A stretch of DNA of 64,000 nt from Octopus vulgaris (lineage: Eukaryota), in contig OX597842.1 of assembly GCA_951406725.2 (NCBI GenBank), positions 30,194,001 through 30,258,000 on the forward strand, written 5' to 3'. Below, piece by piece: positions 12,581 to 24,807 of this stretch. Position 1 is the first letter of the stretch, and each line of letters opens with the position of its first letter. The position numbers and the translations under genes were made by a program. The notes below the pieces were generated by a model. That model was not told the DNA's origin. It saw only the letters and a program-made list of their open reading frames with translations, and made no database searches.

Positions 12581-12691
12581 ACACTGATATAAACTATATT
12601 TCAAAACTATAACGTCAGATCACTGTCGGCTTTTTCTCACCTGCATTAGAAGGCATTGCAATATTCAAATTTATTGAAATCCAAAAATAAA

Positions 12692-13081
12692 TCTATATAT
12701 ATAAAGCTGAAGCTGTCTGTGTGTGGCAGGTTTGGTAGCCTTCAACTAACACTATCTCCTCCGAGACCCTGCGGTGCAGGTTGACCAATATTGAGAGTAT
12801 GATAGAAGAAGGCTTGCTCTTCCTTCCATAGAAGAAAAAATTCAAATCGGACCATGTTAACACCAAAAATTATTTACATCTAAAAGGTGCTTTTTTTCTA
12901 TGAAAATCCCTATTTTTTACGACCTTTTGACTGCTGTGTCGCCATTTTTCAGTGTATTTCAACCAGAAAAATGTTCACTTAAAGAGAATAACAAGCTACA
13001 TAATGCAAAATTTATACTTTTCAAAAATTCCAATTCTAAAGGGTCGAAACAAACCCGAGCAACGCCGGGCGATACTGCTAG
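12692..13081 (+). mobile_element. Non-autonomous Helitron
   Basis: 5' TCTATATATATAAA after an A; 3' hairpin cccg-agcaacgc-cggg followed shortly by CTAG. The following base is C rather than the usual T. Confidence 0.65.
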
Positions 13082-13222
13082 CCATACAGAGCCAGAAATG
13101 CCCTGATCAAAACTATAACACCGGGCCACCATAAATTAAGTACCAGTGACACACTGGGGTCGATGTAATTGATTCATCCCCCTCCCCCAAAATAATTGCC
13201 CTTGTGGAAAAATTTGAAACCA

Positions 13223-13256
<34 letters not shown>

Positions 13257-13273
13257 CCTTATTATTATTATCC

Positions 13274-13323
<50 letters not shown>

Positions 13324-13325
<2 letters not shown>

Positions 13326-13550
13326 GGTGGCAAGCTGGCAGAGTCATTAGCACGCCGGGCGAAATGCTTAGCGGTATTTCGTCTGTCGCTACATTCTGAG
13401 TTCAAATTCCGTCCAGGGTGACTTTGCTTTTACATCCTTTCGGGAGGTCGATAAATTAAGTACCAGTGACACACTGGGGTCGATGTAAAATTGACTAGCC
13501 CCCCTCCCCTCCTCCAAAACTGCAGCCCTGGTGGCAAAAATTTGAAACTA
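13324..13550 (+). mobile_element. SINE family C
   Basis: Head ggtggcaagctggcaga...gagttcaaattcc and core catcctttcggg..gtcgataaattaagtaccag. Other copies at 16652-16865, 17036-17245 and 29278-29480; fragments near 13130 and 42440. Confidence 0.8.
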
Positions 13551-13961
13551 TTATTATTATTTATAACCTCTTTGTTTTGTTTTGTTTTTGTTATTTTTTT
13601 TTTTTCAAATTTTGTTTTTTAAATTATAATTTTTTACCTGGATCGTTAGTTGTTTGGTTTTTTTCTTTTTTTCCGGTATTGAACAACTAGTCTTCCAATT
13701 GTGGGTGATTCTTCGGTGCGTCAAACAAAATGAAATGATGCTGGCGGGATGGTCAGAAGATTGAAGTGAGGATGGTGGAGGAGCTCAAGAAAGAGTGAAA
13801 GGAGCAAAAAAAAAAAAAAAAAAAAAAATTCCCAAAACCTTGTGAAAATAATTGAGGGTGGGGCCATGGAGTTATTTTATATTTCACTTTAGCTTCTGAC
13901 AAGGGGAGATAAATATGTACATATTCCTGACATATAGTGAGGTTAGTTTTTACATACACAA

Positions 13962-13964
<3 letters not shown>

Positions 13965-13999
<35 letters not shown>

Positions 14000-14090
14000 T
14001 ATATATATATATATACACATATATATGCATATATATTCATATATATATATACATATATATACATATATATATATACATATATATATATAC

Positions 14091-14121
<31 letters not shown>

Positions 14122-14143
14122 CACACATATATATGCATATATA

Positions 14144-14183
<40 letters not shown>

Positions 14184-14199
14184 TATATATGCATATATA

Positions 14200-14243
<44 letters not shown>

Positions 14244-14318
14244 TATGCATATATATTCATATATATATATACATATATATACATATATATATATACATAC
14301 ATATATATATATACATAC

Positions 14319-14383
<65 letters not shown>

Positions 14384-14410
14384 TATACATACACACACAC
14401 ACATATATAC

Positions 14411-14440
<30 letters not shown>
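13965..14440. repeat. Compound (TA)n/(TACA)n microsatellite
   Basis: Direct reading. Similar tracts at 10555-10720 and 35318-35785. Confidence 0.95.
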
Positions 14441-14441
<1 letters not shown>

Positions 14442-15095
14442 GATACATACACACCACAACAACTATAGCCACTAATACTAACTACTATACTATACATTAG
14501 ATAATGTAGTCCTAGATACACTATGCCAGAATAAAAGATGGGATGGTCACAGATGGAACGTCTCTGATCATAGGTCTGTCTGGATCAGGACTGACTAGGA
14601 ACTAAAACATATCTACCCCGACTCCACCCCCCACTCCACTCCTGTCTCCAATCCACCCTGGCCATCCTCTACCAAAAAGTCATACAGATATTTATTTCTC
14701 AATGTCTCTCTTACACTATGCAGTAATTTTTTTTTATAATTTCAGGTTTGTCTTTCATCCTTAATTATTTCTGTTTCCTTGGGTGAGTGGTTTTATAACC
14801 AAACACTGAGGCATTTTTGTTCACTCTATCACGGGTTCGAATTTCATCCCTGTGGGTTGTTATTTATTTATTTATACATGTTTTCTCTTCATGCTATTGC
14901 TTGTTTCAGAAATATATTTAATTTTTGTATTGATAAAAAATTTTCAGGGAAATGAAAAAGAATATGAAATATTGTAATTTTTAAAAAAAATCTATGGAAA
15001 ATAAGAAAAAAATTCCTTCTCAAGGTGTAAAAAATAAAAATAAAAAAGGTTTCTATTTTCATTTAAACTTGTGTTTTGTGTTTTTTTTAAATAAC

Positions 15096-15142
<47 letters not shown>

Positions 15143-15295
15143 GAGTGAGTGAGCAGTGCATGCCATCAAAGTGACACTGGGGTAAAATATACGAAGCCCA
15201 TCTTTTATACCAAGACAAAACAGTGTACATGATAACACTTCCAATCAGTTAAGATCAGAAGCCATGAGAGCCACTGCCTGGTACTGCATCAGGGC

Positions 15296-15347
<52 letters not shown>

Positions 15348-15903
15348 GAGTGAGAGAGCAGTGCATGCCATCAAAGTGACACTGGGGTAAAATATACGAA
15401 GCCCAGTATACCCATCATGACTACCTGTCTGATAAAGGTACACCAGGCACATGCATCACAACCATATGTGCGTGACAGGGTGATCTCATATCAAGATAAA
15501 CAGCACGTGAACTTGCAGGTGGGGCCCAGTTTGAATTTTCTTCTGGTCGAGTATCCCATCCCACTCAAAAGGTCCCTGAATAAGGGCTGTTTAAGGACGT
15601 TGAACGAAACACCCATGTTTCCAAAGGTGAATTATTCAAACCCCAAAGTATTTCTCTCAACACACTGCTATGATGCTCCCTAAATACTTCTGCTTGTGGT
15701 CAGAGATGCACCTATCGTCAGCCACTAAGGGACATGGTCAACTGTTTAAGGTCAAACAACTGACAAGCAAATCTGTGTTATTGAGCAGAATATTTGCTGT
15801 AAAACCCATCTTTTATACCAAGACAAAACAATGTACATGATAACACTTCCAATCAGTTAAGATCAGAAGCCATGAGAGCCACTGCCTGGTACTGCATCAG
15901 GGC

Positions 15904-15952
<49 letters not shown>

Positions 15953-16420
15953 GAGTGAGAGAGCAGTGCATGCCATCAAAGTGACACTGGGGTAAAATAT
16001 ACGAAGCCCAGTATACCCATCATGACTACCCGTCTGATAAGGGTACACCAGGCACATGCATCACAACCATATGTGCATGACAGGGTGTTCCCATATCAAG
16101 ATAAACAGAGCATGACCTTGCAGGTGGGGCCCAGTTTGAATTTTCTTCTGGTCGAGTAACCCATCCCACTCAAAAGGTCCCTGGAAAAGGATTGTTTAAG
16201 GGTGTTGAATGAAACACCCATGCTTCCAGAGGTGAATTATACAAACCCCCAAAGAATCCCTCTCAACACATGGCTATGATGCTCCCCCACTACTTCTGCT
16301 CGTGATCACAGATGCACCTATCGTCAGCCACTAAGGGTTTAAGGTCAAACAACTGACAAGCAAATCTGTGGTATTGAGCAGAATATTTGCTGTAGCCCAT
16401 CTTTTATACCAAGACAAAAC
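15143..16420 (-). mobile_element. Three tandem copies of the TAA-embedded element
   Basis: Copies at 15143-15298 (internally deleted), 15348-15907 and 15953-16420 (truncated), separated by (ATT)n. Confidence 0.8.
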
Positions 16421-16421
16421 A

Positions 16422-16457
<36 letters not shown>

Positions 16458-16651
16458 ATTTTTATAATTATTATTATTATTATTATTATTATTATTTGAA
16501 CCTGTGGAAGGCACACTAGATGCTGAAATATCATTCACCTGATAACAATGGCAGTGTTCTTTTTTTTTGCTTCTGTATACCTTCTGGAGGAGTTACCTCA
16601 ATCCTATAAAATATTATTATTATTATTATTTTTATAATTATTATTATTATT

Positions 16652-17245
<594 letters not shown>

Positions 17246-18122
17246 CTAACTACTCTACTATACATTAGATAATGTAGTCCTAGATACACTATGCCTGAAT
17301 AAAAGATGGGATGGTCACAGATGGAAAGTCTCTGAGCATAGGTCTGTCTGAATCAAGACTGACTAGAAACTAAAAAAAAGCTACATTAACAATTAGATAA
17401 ATATATCTACCCCGACTCCACCCCACACTCCACTCCTGTCTCCAATCCACCCTGGCCCACCTCTACCAAAAAGTCACACAGATATTTATTTCTCAATGTC
17501 TCTCTTATATTATGCAGTAATTTTTTTTTTATGCAAAGACATGGAGTTCTACAAGAGAGCATCTGAAAGAAACTGAATTTTGCATCATTATTTTATACAC
17601 TTTTACATGTTTACACTTTCATTGCCTCCAAAGTATTCTCCATTTGAAGCAAGGTACCAGTCCAGGCATGTTTACCATTATTCGAAGCAGACATTCTACT
17701 TTTTGGTAGAGGTGGGCCAGGGTGGATTGGAGACAGAAGTGGAGTGCGGGGTGGAGTCGGGGTAGATATATTTATCTAATTGTTAATGTAGCTTTTTTTT
17801 AGTTTCTAGTCAGTCTTGATTCAGACAGACCTATGATCACAGACTTTCCATCTGTGACCATCACATGGAGAGACATTCTTAACCCTTTTGATACCAACCT
17901 GGCTGAAACCGCCTCTGGCTCTGTAGTATAAATGTTTTGTTTTTATTAGCGTATCAAGTTTCGGGCATTTTCATTGGGTTTTGGATAGAAAATTCACAAA
18001 AAAGTCACTTCTATTGATTTTTTAATGGCTTTGTGGGGTGACTGGGGAAATGTAAAGATGTGCACGACCACCCTTGGACGGTTTTGAATGACCATAGAAA
18101 GTGCCGTTTATATATAGAGAGA

Positions 18123-18870
18123 TAATAATGAAATTATTGTATACAGTGCTCAGGTGCACCACAACTTGTCAAAAGTGTGTATAGAGCATAGGCAGTAATG
18201 TACAAATGTCTGGGAAGTGAACAGTGTATGAGTCAGATACATGCTTGCGTGTGTATGGAGGGCAGAAAATCAGGTGTAGTGTTGGCGAATCTCAGGAAGC
18301 ATGGAAGTTTTGAAGGATGCAGTGCTCCGACAACTAACAACTGATGCCGGCAGTTTGTTCCATGCTTCAGCAACTCTCAGCGTGAAAAAAATGTTTCCGA
18401 AAGTCATGGGAGCTGTGCTGTTTTCTGACTTTGTAAACATGTCCACGGGTGTTAGACGGGTGGAGATTTTAAATAATAATAATAATAATGAAATTGTTGT
18501 ATACAGTGCTCAGGTGTACCACAACTTGTCAAAAGTGCATATAAAGCATCTGCAGTATTGTACAAATGTCTGGGAAGTGAACAGTGTATGAGTCAGATAC
18601 ATGCTTGTGTGTATGGAGGGGAGAAAATCAGGTGTAGTGTTGGCGAATCTCAGGAAGCATGGAAGTTTTGAAGGATGCAGTGCTCCGACAACTAACAACT
18701 GATGCCGGCAGTTTGTTCCATGCTTCAGCAACTCTTAGCGTGAAAAAATGTTTCCGAAAGTCATGGGAGCTGTACTGTTATCTGACTTTGTAAACATGTC
18801 CACGGGTGTTAGACAGGTGGAGTTTGAAAAAGAGCTCAGAGTTATTGTTTGTACGATGGTTGATAATTTT
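18123..18870 (-). mobile_element. Two tandem 3' ends of a CR1-type LINE
   Basis: Minus strand encodes roughly RKHFFTLRVAEAWNKLPASVVSCRSTASFKTSM, the CR1 FFxxRVxxxWNxLP tail; ~360-bp unit present twice, ending in (ATT)n. Confidence 0.75.
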
Positions 18871-18919
18871 TGATTTATTCAGAAGGTGGGACATGTAGAG
18901 ATTCCCATTTGGTGTATAC

Positions 18920-19813
18920 TCTTTACTCTTTTACTTGTTTCAGTCATTTGACTGTGGCCATGCTGGAGCACCGCCTTTAATCGAGCAACTCGACCCCGGG
19001 ACTTATTCTTTTTGTAAGCCCAGTACTTATTCTATCGGCCTCTTTTGCCGAACCGTTAAGTGACGGAGACATAAACACACCAGCAATGCTAGGGGGACAA
19101 ACACAGACACACAAACAAACACACATACATATATACGACAGGCTTCTTTCAGTTTCCGTCTACCAAATCCACTCACAAGGCATTGGTCGGCCCAAGGCTA
19201 TAGCAGAAGACACTTGCCCAAGATGCCACACAGTGGGACTGAACCCGGAACCATGTGGTTGGTAAGCAAGCTACTTACCACACAGCCACTCCTACACCTT
19301 TAATATATATGACAGGCTTCTTTCAGTTTCCGTCGACCAAATCCACTCACAAGGCATTGGTCGGCCCGGGGCTATAGCAGAAGACACTTGCCCAAAATGC
19401 CATGCAGTGGGACTGAACCCGGAACCATGTGGTTGGTTAGCAAGCTACTTACCACACAGCCACTCCTGTGCCTATATATATACGACAGGCTTCTTTCAGT
19501 TTCCGTCTACAAAATTCACTCACAAGGCATTGGTCGGCCCGGGGCTATAGCAGAAGACACTTTCCCAAGATGCCACGCAGTGGGACTGAACCCGGAACCA
19601 TGTAGTTGGTAAGCAAGCTACTTACCACACAGCCACTTCTACACCTTTAATATATATGACAGGCTTCTTTCAGTTTCCGTCGACCAAATCCACTCACAAG
19701 GCATTGGTCGGCCCGGGGCTATAGCAGAAGACACTTGCCCAAGATGCCACGCAGTGGGACTGAACCCGGAACCATGTGGTTGTTTAGCAAGCTACTTACC
19801 ACACAGCCACTCC
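18920..19813 (-). mobile_element. SINE family A with four tandem head modules
   Basis: One tail plus ~173-bp units at about 19137, 19311, 19484 and 19658. Confidence 0.85.
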
Positions 19814-19842
19814 AGTATGTGGCAGAATGCACGAAATACAAC

Positions 19843-20118
19843 TTAGTTAGTTAGTTAGTTAGTTAGTTAATTTGGCTCAAAAGCAAATAGCAAGGCCATG
19901 TAGGGGGACATGGAGTTAAGTACAGGGTGGTGTTCATGTAAAGAGTTCAGGCCACTTGAGGTCCAGGGAAGCTTTGAACAAAGCAGTCGTCGGCATCTTC
20001 ACCATCTCGTCTGGCAGCTTGTTCCACGGATCCGCAACCCAGCCGGAGAAGGCTCCTCTCCTTCGATTGAGATGAAATCGTCGCAGGTAGAGCTTTTCGG
20101 AATGACCCCGCAGCCGAC
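19843..20118 (-). mobile_element. 3' end of a second CR1-type LINE with (TAAC)n tail, cut by the gap
   Basis: LRGHSEKL...RRGAFSGWVADPWNKLPDEMV...FKASLD, followed by a short UTR and (ctaa)n. Confidence 0.75.
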
Positions 20119-20218
20119 NNNNNNNNNNNNNNNNNNNNNNNNNNNNNNNNNNNNNNNNNNNNNNNNNNNNNNNNNNNNNNNNNNNNNNNNNNNNNNNNNN
20201 NNNNNNNNNNNNNNNNNN
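20119..20218. other. Assembly gap (100 N)
   Basis: Run of N. Confidence 1.
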
Positions 20219-20238
20219 AGAAAGTGATAGCAAGTATC

Positions 20239-20267
20239 CTAAAACACTGTATACTTGCACAAAACAT
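20239..20267 (-). CDS. Candidate terminal exon of the ANK-RING gene (DVLCKYTVF*)
   Basis: Acceptor tgtttcatttcag; phase-1 entry matches the micro-exons; in-frame TAG at 20241-20239. Confidence 0.5.
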
Positions 20268-20691
20268 CTGAAATGAAACACAAATGTTCATACACAGATT
20301 ATTGCAAAGGAAAAAATATCTGAAATGGTATATAAGAAATGATATTCAAGAATATATAATCAAGGTGGTGATATAGATAACAATGAGATGAGAGAAAAGT
20401 GAATGTGTCTCATTATGGGGAGAAAATCGCTTCAGGATTTATATTTTATCTTTTTTTCTATATTTTCCTTATCGTGAGGGACCTTTTTCCTATGTCTCAT
20501 GATTACATATTTCAATAAAAATCCCTTTATTGTATATTCTTTCATTTGTAGGTAGTGAATAGAATTACTTTTATCGCTCACCATTTGAAAGAAATATAAG
20601 AATGGAACCTGTTCTCAGTCATTCACACAAATAATATATCTCAGGTGAAGGTAAAATTTATAGAAATCAATTACAGTTATTTTATACTCAC

Positions 20692-21345
20692 CAACAGACT
20701 CTACTTTTTCTTTACACTTTGGACATTCTGAAATAAGAATTGGAAATTAAGAATGGAACCTGTTCTCAGTCATTCACACAAATAATATATTTCAGGTGAA
20801 GGTAAAATTTATAGAAATCAATTACAGTTATTTTATACTCACCAACAGACTCTACTTTTTCTTTACACTTTGGACATTCTGAAATAAGAATTGGAAATTA
20901 AGAATGGAACCTGTTCTCAGTCATTCACACAAATAATATATTTCAGGTGAAGGTAAAATTTATAGAAATCAATTACAGTTATTTTATACTCACCAACAGA
21001 CTCTACTTTTCTTTACACTTTGGACATTCTGAAATAAGAATTGGAAATTAAGAATGGAACCTGTTCTCAGTCATTCACACAAATAATATATTTCAGGTGA
21101 AGGTAAAATTTATAGAAATCAATTACAGTTATTTTATACTCACCAACAGACTCTACTTTTTCTTTACACTTTGAACATTCTGAAATAAGAATTGGAAATT
21201 GAGAATGGAACCTGTTCTCAGTCATTCACACAAATAATATATCTCAGGTGAAGGTAAAATTTATAGAAATCAATTACAGTTATTTTATACTCACCAACAG
21301 ATTCTGCAACCGTCTGGACTGCTTTTTCTTCAGGCTTTGGACACA
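20692..21345 (-). CDS. Micro-exon array 2 of the ANK-RING gene: 21345-21295, 21179-21144, 21028-20994 (35 nt), 20878-20843, 20727-20692
   Basis: Each exon is flanked by cttatttcag and gtgagt, with 115-nt introns. Products: VCPKPEEKAVQTVAESV, ECSKCKEKVESV, ECPKCKEK*, and ECPKCKEKVESV twice. Confidence 0.75.
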
Positions 21346-21679
21346 CTGAAATAAGCATTTCAAAGTTTTATACTTCATAGTAAAATTTGTTTGTGTCTTT
21401 TAATAATCTATATTCCATTATTGTAAGGCATTCATATCATCAATAGTCAATTGGTGACCACTATGCTTTCGGTCAACACTTTCTAAGCTGTTACTACATA
21501 ATAGTTCAATATTTAGAACCACAACAAAATAGGCAAACCTTTCGAAATCTCATCTTTCTCTTAAGACATCCTATATACTAATCTAACAATTCTGAAATTC
21601 TCTCACTTAGTTATCACTTCATAACACTCTTTTTCTCTTAGTTTTGTCGTTTCTTTCTTATGTCTTTGCTGGACAAGTT

Positions 21680-21912
21680 TAACGCAAAATTTCACATTGG
21701 TTATTTGTTCCTGCCCATTAGAAAATTGCAGACTACAGCCTACAAATGACCACAAAAGCACAAATTTCACAACTTTTGAAGTAAACGCAGTGGTGTCACC
21801 CAGCACACTGCCTCATGAAAGTCACTGCTAGCTCTCACTGTGCACGCAACAGTGTGCTGCCATCTGTTGGCATGCTACAGAACTAGTCCATGAACTTTCT
21901 GATACCACCTTG
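21680..21912 (-). mobile_element. 5' remnant of a mariner-type transposon (duplicate at ~25142-25374)
   Basis: TIR-like caaggtggtatcagaaagttcatggact, then EQITNVKFCVKL resembling the mariner N-terminal EQRxxIKFCVKL. Confidence 0.6.
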
Positions 21913-22927
21913 GAGCAACGACCAGGCTTCATGTTCGAATTAAAACGAATCAACTCAAAAGTAAAACCAAAAGGTGAAAGAGTCAGAAAACAATGTCTCT
22001 TTTAGCAGTAATCACATCTAAAAGCTAACGAGTGTGAGTATAAAATGTCTAAAAGGATGGCAAACCTTATAACAAGTGTCAATCATATATAGTTACGAAC
22101 AAGGAGTTGCATGTTCAAATCTCACTGGAACGCATATTTTATTCCTATCTGTATATTTTATGTTAATACCAATACTTTGTTTAATGTAAACATGCTCAGA
22201 GTTCAATACTCAATTTAACGAAAGTTATTTGAATATCAATATTTTTAAACAGATTTAATATTATATTGTTTTCAATTTATATCTAAAATATATATTCTAA
22301 CCAGAGACATTCTGGGTATATAACCCCCCCCCCCCCCAAGAAACACCATGTCTACACAGGTGGAACGGAAAATGGCAACAGGTGTCCTCAAACACTCTAC
22401 ACTTGCATAAAAACCCCATTAACTACATATAACTGTTCATCCATATAATTTGCAGTGCAAATACCTGAAAAGGCACAAAAAAACTGCTTCTCAAGAATCT
22501 AGGATATTTCTCACAACCTTCTTCTAGATATCAATCAAAGTTTCCTCACTCGTTTAATGACCCCTCTCTGAATCTGTCACATTGCAATGGGGTGAAAACC
22601 CAGCTACAAACAAATTTGAGGACACAAAATTTATACCTCTGTACAAGGGTTTGACAGACACAAACTGTCTTTCCGATGTTGTACTTAATAGAAAAATAAC
22701 ATTACAAGGAATATGTAACACTACTCACTCCCCATTCCACCACAAATGATAATTGAGATCAACTAATTGAAAATGCCTCTACAATGTTTTATAAATTACA
22801 TCTAATTAGTGTTGGTGAAAATGGTTGGGTCAATTTTCTGCCACTCATTGTGTGATACTAATGTTATTTCATATTCTTTCATTGAATATCTCATCAATAA
22901 CTTATCAGCTGTTAATATTTGTTGAAA

Positions 22928-24171
22928 ATGTCTCAAAAGAAATCGATTCTTAAAGCTCAAAGGTCTCAAATCACTGCATTATCAAGTGAAGGATTCTCTC
23001 AATTTGAAATTGCAAGAAAACTGAAATGCTTGAGAAAAGATTTCCATCAAAAGTACAATGCGATAAATTATTTCAAAAATTGTAAAGGACAAGGTCGCAG
23101 AACGTGTACAACCACGAGGGAAGACAGGTTGCTGAAGAGGACATCACTGGCGGATGGGAAAAAACACCTCTTTTGACAAAGCTGCTGAGTTTTGGGTGGC
23201 AACAAAAAAAGATATATCAACTTCAGTGAGAAGAAGAAGAAGGTTATTAGAAGTTGAGTTCAAAGGATGTAAGGCCAAAAAGAAGCTGTTACTGTCTGAG
23301 GGGAACATGACGAAGCAATTGTGTTGGGCAAAAGAGCATGAAGATTGGACTGCTGATGATTGGGCTAAAATTGTTTGGTCCGATGAAAGTAACTTTGATA
23401 TATGTTCTCCACATTCAATTCCACCACTTTACTAGGCATAATTGAAGTTCTTACACTTGTACAAATTTTTTTATTTGTTACCAGAAATGATCAGTAATTT
23501 TTTGTTTATCTTCAGATCTTTGGAAACTCAGGAGCTGTTTATGTTCACTGTAAAGTAGGGGAGGTTTATCATCCTGGATGTGTGGTCCCAACAGTCAAAT
23601 TTGGATTGGGAAGTGCAATTGTTTGGGGTTGCATGTTGTCTTAAGGCCCTGGAATGTTGTTCACTTGTAAGGGCAGAATGAATGCCCACACTTACACCAA
23701 CATGTTAGATCAAGTTTATCAACCTTCTTTAGCTAAAATCTTCAATGATAACACCCCAGATGGCAAAATCATTCAACAAAATATTTCTGCATGCCACACA
23801 TCCAGAGTCTCAATGGGTTGGTGAGGAGAAAGGGATGAGGGTGATGAAATGGCCTCCTTAGTCTCCAGACCTCAATCCCATTGAATATGTGGTGACACTT
23901 AGGTGCAAAAATGCTCTTGAAAAAGCGAATTAGAAACCAAAATTCATGGAGAGTGGCAGAAAACTGACCCAGCCACTTGTGCCAACATAGTCTCAAGTAT
24001 GCAAAATTGCCTAAAAGCACTTATAAAAGCAAAAGGAGGACACATCAAATACTAATTATTGATGGGATCACCTCTAGAATGTTCATCAGACTGTTTTCAA
24101 TTATTAAGTAAATGAGTTTCAATCATATTCCCTATTTTATCATAGCTGCTCTATAATTTTGGCCAAGGTTG
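22928..24171 (+). pseudogene. Degenerate Tc1-family transposase with right terminus
   Basis: HTH GFSQFEIARKLKC, TTTREDRLL, WAKIVWSDESNF, PTVKFG..VWGCM, WPP*SPDLNPIE and KAKGGHIKY*. Contains stops and frameshifts; ends ..ggccaaggttg-TA. Left TIR not found. Confidence 0.88.
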
Positions 24172-24454
24172 TATATATTTATCAACAAGGATTTGTGTGT
24201 TTGAGTCACACTGGGAACTCATCTTTTATTTCTATCTCTGTATTGTATGCTAGCATCAATACTTTGTTTAAGTATAAATAAAAATCCCTTTATTCTATAT
24301 TCTTTCATTTGTAGGTAGTGAATAGAATTACTTTTATCGCTAACCATTTGAAAGAAATATAAGAATGGAACCTGTTCTCAGTCATTCACACAAATAATAT
24401 ATCTCAGGTGAAGGTAAAATTTATAGAAATTTATTACAGTTATTTTATACTCAC

Positions 24455-24807
24455 CAACAGACTCTACTTTTTCTTTACACTTTGAACATTCTAAAATAAG
24501 AATTGGAAATTAAGAATGGAACCTGTTCTCAGTCATTCACACAAATAATATATCTCAGGTGAAGGTAAAATTTATAGAAATTTATTACAGTTATTTTATA
24601 CTCACCAACAGACTCTACTTTTTCTTTACACTTTGAACATTCTGAAATAAGAATTGGAAATTAATAATGGAACCTGTTCTCAGACATTCACACAAATAAT
24701 ATATTTCAGGTGAAGGTAAAATTTATAGAAATCAATTACAGTTATTTTATACTCACCAACAGATTCTGCAACCGTCTGGACTGCTTTTTCTTCAGACTTT
24801 GGACACA
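24455..24807 (-). CDS. Micro-exon array 1 of the ANK-RING gene: 24807-24757, 24641-24606, 24490-24455
   Basis: AG/GTGAGT-flanked exons of 51, 36 and 36 nt, phase 1-1. Products VCPKSEEKAVQTVAESV and ECSKCKEKVESV twice; in phase with the RING exon donor. Confidence 0.78.
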
